Part shown: piece by piece, positions 26,912 to 35,732 of the stretch | How the letters are laid out: every line of letters starts with the position of its first letter | How positions within the stretch are numbered: the stretch's first letter is position 1 | NCBI GenBank assembly: GCA_016787165.1 | Contig: JAEUTT010000353.1 | Span: 1 to 40,359 of the forward strand | Length of the DNA stretch: 40,359 nucleotides | From: Bacteroidia bacterium | GTDB lineage: Bacteria > Bacteroidota > Bacteroidia > 2-12-FULL-35-15 | Direction: 5' to 3' | Notes under the pieces: model-generated | What the model saw: only the letters and a program-made list of their open reading frames with translations | Database searches by the model: none | Told to the model about the DNA's origin: nothing | Program-made: the position numbers and the translations under genes

Positions 26912-28396
26912 ATGAAACCATCCGAAGATTTACATCAATTGATAAAAAACATGAGTATGTCGGAAAAGAGGTATTTTAAAATATACTCTACACGACATGT
27001 GATTGGTCATAATAACAATTATATTCATTTGTTTGATGCTATTGATAAACAAAATGAGTATGACGAAGAGAGAATTAAGCAATATTTTGGCAAAGAAACC
27101 TTTGTGAAGCATTTGCCCTCAGAAAAGCATTATTTGTACAATTTAATATTGGATGGTTTAAATGCTTACCATAAGGATAGAACCTTTTTAACTCGCTATT
27201 CTAATTTAATCATGAATATTGAGATTTTGTATAACAAAGGTTTGTTTGCACAGTGCCGAAAACTAATTCAAAAAGCAAAAAAGGAAGCATATTTACTTGA
27301 AAAATTTTCTATTTTATTTTTAATCATCCGTTGGGAAACGCTTATTTATATAAAAGATGAAGATACAAAAGGGTTGTACAAAAGTTTTGATGAAGAGTTA
27401 AGGATTTTGGAGGTAATTCGTATTCAATCGGCCTTGATGCGTATTGCATTTAATATACAGATTCAAATTTATAAAGGAAAAATTACTACTGCTTTTTTAA
27501 AATCACAACAAGAAGAAATTAAGAAGTACTATCCTCCTAAAAAAGAAGTCAATAGTTTTTGGGCACGTTATTATTTTTATTCCGGAATGGGTTTAATTTA
27601 TTCTGTTCAACGGAAATATCAAGAATGCTTTGATTGTTTTAAAGAAATTAATGTGTTAATGCAAAATACTAAGCAGTTTATTGTGGATTTGCCACACATT
27701 TATCATACAAATCACAATAACATGATAAACCTATTGTTTGCTTTAAAAAAATATGACGATATTTTACCTATTATTTTACATCAACGAGCATTTACAACCA
27801 TTTACAAAATAAAAAACCCCGCCCTCAATCAAAAAGTGTTTTTAAATACAGGTGAAAGTGAGTTATACTTGTATTATAAAACCGAAGAATATGATAAAGG
27901 TGTTATAACCATTAAGCGGATTGAACCGGAACTAAAAAAGATAGACATAAAATTTAGTCCTTCGTTAATTGATTTATATTTTATGATGAGTGTAATTTAT
28001 CTCGAAAACCAAGATTACAGAGGAGCAATTAAATGGTTGAATAAAATTTTAAATCACGAGAAGGATGTAAATATCAGGCGGGAATTACAAATTAACACAC
28101 GTTTATTGTACTTGATTGTATTGCTTGAAAAAGAGGATTTGTTTTTTGACAATCAATACCAATCGGTGAAACGATTTTTAGCAAATGAAAAAGAGTTTAA
28201 AAAACAGATTTATTATTTAGATATTATAAAAATATTATCGGAACAGCGGTTGAATGCTACAAAATTAAAATTGCTAAAAGAATTAATTAAAAAATCAAAA
28301 GCAGAAAATAAAAAAGTGGTTCAAGAATCATTGAATCCGCAATATGATTTTATGCAGTGGATTGAGGGACAATTGTTACACAAAAAAATAAATTAA
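26912..28396 (+). CDS. Hypothetical all-helical (TPR-like) protein, 494 aa
   Basis: A clean ORF with no signal peptide or TM segment. It is rich in K/E/Y/L/I and its periodicity suggests helical repeats. I recognise no catalytic or DNA-binding motif. Confidence 0.55.
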   Translation: MKPSEDLHQLIKNMSMSEKRYFKIYSTRHVIGHNNNYIHLFDAIDKQNEYDEERIKQYFGKETFVKHLPSEKHYLYNLILDGLNAYHKDRTFLTRYSNLIMNIEILYNKGLFAQCRKLIQKAKKEAYLLEKFSILFLIIRWETLIYIKDEDTKGLYKSFDEELRILEVIRIQSALMRIAFNIQIQIYKGKITTAFLKSQQEEIKKYYPPKKEVNSFWARYYFYSGMGLIYSVQRKYQECFDCFKEINVLMQNTKQFIVDLPHIYHTNHNNMINLLFALKKYDDILPIILHQRAFTTIYKIKNPALNQKVFLNTGESELYLYYKTEEYDKGVITIKRIEPELKKIDIKFSPSLIDLYFMMSVIYLENQDYRGAIKWLNKILNHEKDVNIRRELQINTRLLYLIVLLEKEDLFFDNQYQSVKRFLANEKEFKKQIYYLDIIKILSEQRLNATKLKLLKELIKKSKAENKKVVQESLNPQYDFMQWIEGQLLHKKIN

Positions 28397-28399
28397 AAA

Positions 28400-28906
28400 A
28401 TGATAACATTCACTACCATTATTTATAAATTTGATACAAAAGGCGAAAAAACGGGCTGGACATATATTGAAATACCTGCCGATATATCTCAGCAATTAAA
28501 GCCGAATAATAAAAAAGCTTACAGAGTAAAAGGTAAGTTAGATGATTTTTCAATTGCACAAGTAGCGGTTATGCCTATGGGTGATGGAACATTTATTTTA
28601 CCAATTAATGCGACAATGCGAAAAGGCATCCATAAAAAAGAAGGAGCGATGCTTTTGGTTAATTTAGAAGAAGATAAATCGCCAATAGAATTAGATGCTG
28701 ATTTTATAATGTGTTTAGAGGATGATGAACAGGCATGTGTTTTTTTTAAATCGCTTACAAAATCACATCAGCAATATTTTTCAAAATGGATTGCAAGCGC
28801 AAAAACAGAAGAAACAAAAGCAAAACGAATTGCACAATCGGTAAATGCATTGTCTCGCTCTTGGGGTTATCCCGAAATGATTAGAGCAAATAAAAAAACA
28901 ATTTAA
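28400..28906 (+). CDS. DUF1905 plus YdeI/OmpD-associated family protein
   Basis: 168 aa. The N-terminus ...GWTYIEIPADISQQL...YRVKGKLDDF....V.PMGDG.FILP is DUF1905-like. The C-terminus F..LTKSHQQYFSKWI.SAKTEETKAKRI is YdeI-like. Confidence 0.75.
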   Translation: MITFTTIIYKFDTKGEKTGWTYIEIPADISQQLKPNNKKAYRVKGKLDDFSIAQVAVMPMGDGTFILPINATMRKGIHKKEGAMLLVNLEEDKSPIELDADFIMCLEDDEQACVFFKSLTKSHQQYFSKWIASAKTEETKAKRIAQSVNALSRSWGYPEMIRANKKTI

Positions 28907-30393
28907 AGCTTTGCAATTTTTATTTTTTGTCCGGGGAGCAAACTAAATTTTTCGCCAAATCCATTGAGTTTTTTAAGCGCATCTACTGTTGTTTTGTTTT
29001 GCTGTGCAATTTTAAAAAGTGTATCGCCTTTTTGAACAGTATATAACTTAAATCCATTTTGATTGGTTGTATTTGTTCCTGTATGATTATCTGTTTTAAT
29101 AATAGCATTTGTATTTGTTGTTGTGTGCTTTTTCTTTACATAAATGGTTAACTTTTTTCCTGGTTTTACAGTGCTTGTTGTAATTCCATTCCATTGTTTT
29201 AATTCGGCAACTGTACAACCGTATTTTTTGGCAATTGTACTTAGATATTCTCCACTTTTTATAACATGTATCTTTGTTATTTCTTCTGCAATGGGTTGAA
29301 TTATTAAATTATTTTTGCTAATCAATGAGTCATTAATGAAGTTGTAAATTTTTTCTTCATTGTTTACAAAAGCTCCCATTTTAGAGGCTGGCAAGGTTAA
29401 AATACTTGGCTCTCCTTCGATAAAAGGAATAATTCTTTTTTTATAAGTAGGATTCAGAAAAACAATGTCGTCTGCCGGGATGTCAAGCACAGCTGCAATT
29501 TGTTCAAACGAAATTTGTTTTTTTACCGCAATAGTATCTACATCTAAAAATGTTTTTTTGGGAATCGCAGAATTTAAATTGTGTTCCGCGGTGTAGTTCA
29601 TGATGTAATTAACAGCAATAAAAGCCGGCACATAACCTTGTGTTTCTTTGGGTAAAAACGGGCGAATTTCCCAGTATGTTTTTTTTCCACCACTTTTTCG
29701 AATAGCTTTATTAACTGTTCCTGGTCCTCCATTGTAGGCAGCTAAAACCAGTTGCCAATCACCAAACAATCCGTATAAGTATTTAAAATATTCACAAGCA
29801 GCAACCGTTGATTTGTATGGATCACTTCGTTCGTCTATATAGGATGAAACTTTTAATCCAAACATTTTCCCTGTTGGATACATAAATTGCCATAATCCGG
29901 TTGCTCCAACTCTGCTTTTTGCTAAAGGATTTAATGCTGATTCACAAATAGCCAAATACTTTAATTCCAATGGTAAGTTGTATTTGTCAAGCTGTTGTTC
30001 AAATAGTGGGAAGTATAGTTGCGAAAGAGCCATCATTCTTTTTACCAATTCGCGTTTTCGAAAAGCATACATATCAATATAGCCCTTAACTACACTGTTG
30101 TATTGTAAATCAAATGGAGATGCAGCATCAATTTTAGCTAAACGTGCCGCATAAACCGATTCATCGTATCGAGGGACTGAATCAGCAGAAAATTGATATT
30201 TAGCATTTTTAGGATACACAATTTTTGCATATCCTTTTTCAAATAAATTAAGAGAATGTAAGCTATCTAAAGCAGCTGCAATTGGGTCATCCCGAAATTG
30301 ATCAATAGCATACGGCACAGGTTCTTGCGAAAAAAGAAAACTTGCTTTTGTAAAAAAACAGAAGAAAAGAATAATATGTATGTATGTTTTCAA
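28903..30393 (-). CDS. MltD-like membrane-bound lytic murein transglycosylase with two C-terminal LysM domains
   Basis: Signal peptide KTYIHIILFFCFFTKASFLFSQ. The SLT core is LAICESALNPLAKSRVGATGLWQFM. The two LysM motifs are HVIKSGEYLSTIAKKYGCTVAELKQWN and YTVQKGDTLFKIAQQNKTTVDALKKLN. The only start that keeps the signal peptide is TTG at 30393. Confidence 0.85.
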   Translation of the reverse strand: MKTYIHIILFFCFFTKASFLFSQEPVPYAIDQFRDDPIAAALDSLHSLNLFEKGYAKIVYPKNAKYQFSADSVPRYDESVYAARLAKIDAASPFDLQYNSVVKGYIDMYAFRKRELVKRMMALSQLYFPLFEQQLDKYNLPLELKYLAICESALNPLAKSRVGATGLWQFMYPTGKMFGLKVSSYIDERSDPYKSTVAACEYFKYLYGLFGDWQLVLAAYNGGPGTVNKAIRKSGGKKTYWEIRPFLPKETQGYVPAFIAVNYIMNYTAEHNLNSAIPKKTFLDVDTIAVKKQISFEQIAAVLDIPADDIVFLNPTYKKRIIPFIEGEPSILTLPASKMGAFVNNEEKIYNFINDSLISKNNLIIQPIAEEITKIHVIKSGEYLSTIAKKYGCTVAELKQWNGITTSTVKPGKKLTIYVKKKHTTTNTNAIIKTDNHTGTNTTNQNGFKLYTVQKGDTLFKIAQQNKTTVDALKKLNGFGEKFSLLPGQKIKIAKL

Positions 30394-30544
30394 AAATATA
30401 ATTTTATAGGTATGTCAAACAAATATCGCAATGATACTCTAAATATTTAAGAACGTTTAGACGAGTGTTTTATTTTTATACACGAAAGCATGTTGATGAG
30501 TTTTTAAGTGTTTAATACTAAAGCTTTTTACTAACTTTGTGGCA

Positions 30545-31525
30545 ATGCATCAAACTTCAAATAAATCGCGTCCACTCTTTATTTTCTACATTTTAGTAGC
30601 CTATGTTTTTGTGCAGTTTGCCTGGTGGACCTATTCTATGTTTCAGCTTAACAATGAAATATCGTACCTGAAAACAGAATTAAATTTATTAAAAGGAGAA
30701 TCAGCCGAAGAGGTGATTATAAAAGGGAATGAAATAAATGAAAAACTGCAAAAGCGTTGGTTGATGATTTCAAGTGAAGGAGCTTTTTTTATTGCTCTTT
30801 TGCTGTTAGGCATTGTTCAAATTCGCAAAACATTTAAAAAAGAAAAAGAGTTGGCAAATCAACAAAAAAACTTCTTGCTTTCGGTTACACATGAATTAAA
30901 ATCACCAATAGCTTCTGCTAAATTACAGTTGCAAACGCTTGAAAAAAGAGAGTTGTCTAGGGATAAACAATTAGAAATTATTAAAAATGCGATACATGAT
31001 ACCGAACGATTAAACAATCTGGTTGAAAATATTTTATTAGCAGCAAAAATTGAAAACAATGTATATTCGGTAAATAAAGAAAAATGTAATGTTTCAGAAT
31101 ATATTACAGAAAGTCTAACAAAAACCATTCAATCGTTTAATTATAGTCATCTAATTAAATTAGATATAGAGCCGAATATTTTTATGGCAATTGATAAAAC
31201 AAGTTTTCCTTCTATTGTATTAAATTTGTTTGAGAATGCTATAAAATATTCCCCACAAAACTCAAGAATAACCGTTGTTTTTAAAAAACAAAATCAAAAA
31301 ATTATTTTACAAGTTTTAGATGAAGGTGTTGGACTTATAGACGCTGACAAATCAGCAATTTTTCAAAAGTTTTATAGAGTTGGAAATGAAGAAACAAGAA
31401 GCACAAAAGGAACGGGGCTAGGTTTATACATTGTAAACTATTTGGTGCAGCAGCACAATGGAACAATAGCAGTAAAAAACAATACTCCAAAAGGAAGTAT
31501 ATTTGAAATTATATTTAATAGTTAA
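30545..31525 (+). CDS. Sensor histidine kinase (two TM helices, HisKA, HATPase_c)
   Basis: H-box LLSVTHELKSPIAS, N-box LNLFENAIKYS, G-boxes DEGVGL and GTGLGLYIV. I prefer the ATG at 30545 over the track's GTG at 30539. A taactttg box lies at 30532-30539. There is no response regulator in the window. Confidence 0.85.
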   Translation: MHQTSNKSRPLFIFYILVAYVFVQFAWWTYSMFQLNNEISYLKTELNLLKGESAEEVIIKGNEINEKLQKRWLMISSEGAFFIALLLLGIVQIRKTFKKEKELANQQKNFLLSVTHELKSPIASAKLQLQTLEKRELSRDKQLEIIKNAIHDTERLNNLVENILLAAKIENNVYSVNKEKCNVSEYITESLTKTIQSFNYSHLIKLDIEPNIFMAIDKTSFPSIVLNLFENAIKYSPQNSRITVVFKKQNQKIILQVLDEGVGLIDADKSAIFQKFYRVGNEETRSTKGTGLGLYIVNYLVQQHNGTIAVKNNTPKGSIFEIIFNS

Positions 31526-31531
31526 AATTTT

Positions 31532-33049
31532 ATGTCGAAAAAAGTAGCACTTCTAATCCTTGATGGATGGGGATTAGGTGATGGAAGCAAATCAGATGCA
31601 ATTGCAAATGCAAATACGCCATTTGTGGATAGTTTATATAAAAATTATCCTTTTTCTACTTTACATACGTCTGGACAAAAAGTAGGTTTGCCCGAAGGAC
31701 AGATGGGAAACAGTGAAGTTGGCCACCTAAATATTGGTGCCGGACGAATTGTGTACCAAGATTTAGAGCTCATCAATAAAGCAATTCGTGAAAAAACGAT
31801 AGAGGACAATAAAACTCTCGTAAACGCATTTGAGTATGCCAAACAGAGCAATAAAAATATTCATTTAATTGGTTTGGTTTCTGAAGGTGGAGTTCATTCA
31901 TCGCAAGAGCATTTACATTATTTATGCGACATGGCACAAAACAGAAACATAGAAAATGTTTTTATTCATGCATTTACCGATGGACGAGATACGGATCCTA
32001 AAAGTGGTTTGGGATATTTAACAAACTTAGAAAATCACTTAAAAAAATCAAGTGGTAAAGTAGCAAGTGTAATTGGTAGATATTATGCAATGGATAGAGA
32101 CAAGCGCTGGGAGCGAGTGAAACTTGCGTACGATTTAATGGTAAAAGGCGAAGGCAAAAAAGTGAATTCAGTGTTAAAAGCAATTGAAGAGTCGTATGCA
32201 GAAGGTGTAACGGATGAATTTATAAAACCAATTGTTTGTGTAGATGAAAATCAAAATCCGATTGCAAAAATACAAGAAGGCGATGTGGTAATTTGTTTTA
32301 ATTTTAGAACAGATAGATGCAGAGAAATTACACAAGTGCTTACTCAACAAAACATGCCGGAGCAAGGAATGAGTACTGTTCCGCTTTACTATGTTACCAT
32401 GACCAATTATGATGATACATTCAAAAATGTACACATTGTTTATGATAAAGATAATTTAGTAATGACATTGGGCGAAGTCCTTGAGAAAGCAAATAAAAAA
32501 CAAATACGAATAGCAGAAACAGAAAAATATCCGCATGTTACATTTTTCTTTTCGGGTGGTAGAGAGAAAGAATTTATTGGCGAAAAACGCATCATGGCAC
32601 CATCACCCAAAGTAGCAACATACGATTTAAAACCGGAGATGAGTGCTATTGAATTAACGGAAGCTATACTTCCTGAAATTGAAAATGGAAGTGCTGATTT
32701 TATTTGCTTAAACTATGCTAATGCCGATATGGTTGGTCATACAGGTGATTACAATGCGGTTTTAAAAGCAGTTGAAACGGTAGATAAATGTGCACAACGA
32801 GTTGTGGAAGCGGGAATAAAAAGCGGATATTCTTTTATTATTATTGCCGATCATGGAAACTCTGATTATATGATAAATCCTGATGGCTCACCAAACACAG
32901 CTCATACAACCAATCCTGTTCCTTGTATATTAATTGATAAGGAGTATAAAAAAATTAAAGAAGGTAAGCTTGCTGATATAGCACCAACAATTTTAACCTT
33001 AATGGGGATTGAAATTCCTAAAGAAATGAATGGTTCAATTTTAATTTAA
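31532..33049 (+). CDS. gpmI: 2,3-bisphosphoglycerate-independent phosphoglycerate mutase
   Basis: 505 aa. LLILDGWG, MGNSEVGHLNIGAGR, HAFTDGRDT, and ADHGN near the C-terminus. Confidence 0.95.
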   Translation: MSKKVALLILDGWGLGDGSKSDAIANANTPFVDSLYKNYPFSTLHTSGQKVGLPEGQMGNSEVGHLNIGAGRIVYQDLELINKAIREKTIEDNKTLVNAFEYAKQSNKNIHLIGLVSEGGVHSSQEHLHYLCDMAQNRNIENVFIHAFTDGRDTDPKSGLGYLTNLENHLKKSSGKVASVIGRYYAMDRDKRWERVKLAYDLMVKGEGKKVNSVLKAIEESYAEGVTDEFIKPIVCVDENQNPIAKIQEGDVVICFNFRTDRCREITQVLTQQNMPEQGMSTVPLYYVTMTNYDDTFKNVHIVYDKDNLVMTLGEVLEKANKKQIRIAETEKYPHVTFFFSGGREKEFIGEKRIMAPSPKVATYDLKPEMSAIELTEAILPEIENGSADFICLNYANADMVGHTGDYNAVLKAVETVDKCAQRVVEAGIKSGYSFIIIADHGNSDYMINPDGSPNTAHTTNPVPCILIDKEYKKIKEGKLADIAPTILTLMGIEIPKEMNGSILI

Positions 33050-33055
33050 AAAACA

Positions 33056-33595
33056 ATGGAGCAAGACAACCCAATTATCCGTAAAGCCGTATTTAATCCG
33101 AAGGTTAAAACATATATATTTTTTATTGTACTGTTTTATTTGTTTATTTCTGTTATTGGAATTTTACTTATTCCTATTTGGATTTTCGGATTCGGACAAT
33201 GGATTTCAGGAAAGTTTTTTAATACATTAAAATGTGAACTCTCTACAAAAAATTTATACTTCTCTAAAGGAATTATTTTACACATTGAAAAAACGATTCC
33301 TTTAGAAAATATACAGGATGTATCTTTTTGGGGCGGACCAGTGCTACGATATTTAGGACTTACATTTATTAAAATAGAAACTGCTGGCGGAGGAGGCTCT
33401 CACAATAGTAATATGATGAGTATTCCTGGAGTAGAGGAAGCTGAGGCGTTCAAAAATTTAGTTTTGTTACAAAGAGAAAAAGTAATCAAAGAAAAAAACA
33501 ATCACAGTTCTAATCATGCAATCTCCGAAACACAATTGTTAGTTGATATAAAAAATGAATTAAGCGAAATAAAAAGCATTTTGTCAAAAAAATAA
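33056..33595 (+). CDS. Membrane-flanked bacterial PH domain (bPH_2/YdbS-like) protein
   Basis: 179 aa. A hydrophobic hairpin (TYIFFIVLFYLFISVIGILLIPIWIFGF) is followed by ...IPLENIQDVSF..GP..R..GL..IKIETAG, typical of DUF304/bPH_2. Confidence 0.7.
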   Translation: MEQDNPIIRKAVFNPKVKTYIFFIVLFYLFISVIGILLIPIWIFGFGQWISGKFFNTLKCELSTKNLYFSKGIILHIEKTIPLENIQDVSFWGGPVLRYLGLTFIKIETAGGGGSHNSNMMSIPGVEEAEAFKNLVLLQREKVIKEKNNHSSNHAISETQLLVDIKNELSEIKSILSKK

Positions 33596-33628
33596 TTTGT
33601 TTTTTAGTTTAGAACTATTACATTCGTT

Positions 33629-35476
33629 ATGCCTAAACAAAAACGAATGAAAAAATTTCTACTTCAACTATTAGTTGCATTTCCTTTATTTGCAGCAGCT
33701 CAAACGTTTACCAACTCTACAGGAGGAGCAATTCCAGATAATAATACCGAAATATGTTTCCCTGTTACCGTAAGTGGTTTGCCAACACAGATTGATACAT
33801 CATTTGGTGTAGCACAAGTTTGTGTGAACCTAATCCATACTTGGGATGGAGACTTGGACATTAAGCTAAAAGCACCAGATGGTACCGTTGTGGTTTTGTC
33901 AAATAACAATGGTGGTAGTGGCGATAATTATACCAACTCTTGTTTTGCAATGAATGGCGCAAACGGACAAATTGGTTTGGCTAGTCCGCCATTTACAGGC
34001 ACATTTATTCCTAATGGCAATATCAATGGTGTAAACAACAATCAAAATCCTAATGGGGTTTGGTATTTGTGTATAACAGATGAGGTGCCAGCAGATGCAG
34101 GAACATTGCTAAATTTTTCAATCACATTTGCTGCTAGTCCTCCACAGGGTGGAGGCGGTGGAACACCAACAGGGCCTTGTAGTACAACCAATGGATTGGC
34201 CTGTCAATGTCCAGATGGCGTAAGTACTATTTGTGATTTATTACCCGATATGACCGCCTCGGCACAAATTATTCAACAGCAACATACTGAAACACCTGGA
34301 TTAATTACGCTAAGTAATGCAACACCCAATATTGGTTGGGGGCCAATGGAAATTCATGGTTCAAATTCTTGTTGGTGTGATACAGTAAGTGTAGCATGTA
34401 CAACACCAATTTGTCCGGATGGAAGTTATCCAAAACAAAAATTAATTCAACGCATTTATCGTAAAAATGGAAGTGTAATAAGTTCTTATGATACTTTAAG
34501 CACTGGAATGATGAGTTATCACCCAACACATGGTCATATTCATGTTGATGATTGGGCCGAATTTACGTTAAGAAAAGCAACAACAAACCCTGATGCTACC
34601 ACATGGCCAATTATAGCTGCCGGAGCAAAAGTTTCTTTTTGTTTAATTAATTTAGGTGATTGTACAAGCAATGTAGGCTACTGTAGAGATGGTAATTATG
34701 GACCAACAATTACAATGGCAAACATTCCTAATTCACCATTCGGGATGGTAAGTGGTTGCGGACAAAGTCAAGGAATTTATGTAGGTAATTTGGATATATA
34801 TAGTCAAGGATTAGCTGGAATGTCAATAGATTTAACAGGAGTATGCAATGGCGACTATTATATAGTATCAGTAACAGATCCTGACAATGACTTTATTGAA
34901 AGCAATGAAAATAATAACTGGGCTGCAACACCTATTACATTAACTCAACAAATTCCTGCGCCAGTTGCTTCGTTTTCATACTCAGCGAATCAAAATAATG
35001 TTCAGTTTAATAATCCACCAAGCATTAATTATACTTACCAGTGGTTTTTTGGGGATGGAACAACTTCTACCAATCAAAATCCATTGCATACCTATACTGC
35101 TACCGGAATGTATGCTGTTACATTGATTGTATCAAGTGCGTGTGGAAGTGATACCACTACACAAATTGTAAATATACTTACCTTGGGTGTAAACGAAACG
35201 GCTGCTACAAGCCTTGGGTTTAATGCATATCCAAATCCAATTACTGAGAGCACAACCATTAGTTATTTATTAACTGAGAAATCGGAAGTTTCTTTTGAAT
35301 TGTACAATGCATTGGGGCAAAGAATAGAGCTAATAAACAAAGGAACACAACTAGCAGGAGGCTATGAATTTAATTTTAATATAAAACAATTGAATTTGGA
35401 GAACGGAATTTATATTCTAAAAATAAATACTGGAACAAAATCGGCATCTATTCGACTAACGCATATACAAAATTAA
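33629..35476 (+). CDS. T9SS-secreted multidomain protein: proprotein-convertase P-domain, lysyl-oxidase-like domain, PKD domain and type-A CTD
   Basis: Signal peptide MKKFLLQLLVAFPLFAAAQ. P-domain: NLIHTWDGDLDIKLKAPDGT...GVWYLCITDEVPADAGTLLNFSITF. A Gly-rich linker follows. LOX-like blocks: LPDMTASAQIIQ; YHPTHGHIH (HxxHxHxH, nt 34520-34543); GAKVSFCLINLGDC (Lys at 34628-34630); LDIYSQG (Tyr at 34799-34801); DYYIVSVTDPDNDFIESNENNN. PKD: WFFGDGTTS...HTYTATGMYAVTL. CTD: AYPNPITESTTISY...GIYILKINTG (about 35225-35473). Confidence 0.8.
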   Translation: MPKQKRMKKFLLQLLVAFPLFAAAQTFTNSTGGAIPDNNTEICFPVTVSGLPTQIDTSFGVAQVCVNLIHTWDGDLDIKLKAPDGTVVVLSNNNGGSGDNYTNSCFAMNGANGQIGLASPPFTGTFIPNGNINGVNNNQNPNGVWYLCITDEVPADAGTLLNFSITFAASPPQGGGGGTPTGPCSTTNGLACQCPDGVSTICDLLPDMTASAQIIQQQHTETPGLITLSNATPNIGWGPMEIHGSNSCWCDTVSVACTTPICPDGSYPKQKLIQRIYRKNGSVISSYDTLSTGMMSYHPTHGHIHVDDWAEFTLRKATTNPDATTWPIIAAGAKVSFCLINLGDCTSNVGYCRDGNYGPTITMANIPNSPFGMVSGCGQSQGIYVGNLDIYSQGLAGMSIDLTGVCNGDYYIVSVTDPDNDFIESNENNNWAATPITLTQQIPAPVASFSYSANQNNVQFNNPPSINYTYQWFFGDGTTSTNQNPLHTYTATGMYAVTLIVSSACGSDTTTQIVNILTLGVNETAATSLGFNAYPNPITESTTISYLLTEKSEVSFELYNALGQRIELINKGTQLAGGYEFNFNIKQLNLENGIYILKINTGTKSASIRLTHIQN

Positions 35477-35494
35477 AATTCGTCAAAAATGATG

Positions 35495-35532
35495 AAAAAG
35501 GGGTGAAAAATCATTTTTTTTGCCCCTTTTTT
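35495..35532 (+). terminator. Possible weak terminator or A/T-rich stem-loop
   Basis: aaaaagggg (35495-35503) can pair with cccctttttt (35523-35532). An alternative pairing is aaaaatgat with atcattttt. The sequence is low-complexity, so this call is weak. Confidence 0.3.
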
Positions 35533-35732
35533 GGCAAAAAACACAAAAAGTAACATTTTTTTAAACAAATTGCTTGCCGGATGGTTTCCTGTTCAGCGAC
35601 TAATACTCCTATTTTATCTAATTGTTAATTAATTTTTTTGTTCAGGTTGCAACTATGGCGTAATTTCGCTGTCTAATTTTTTAAAAACAGTGAGCATATA
35701 ATTAAAGTATAATAAATAAAAACAAAAACAAA

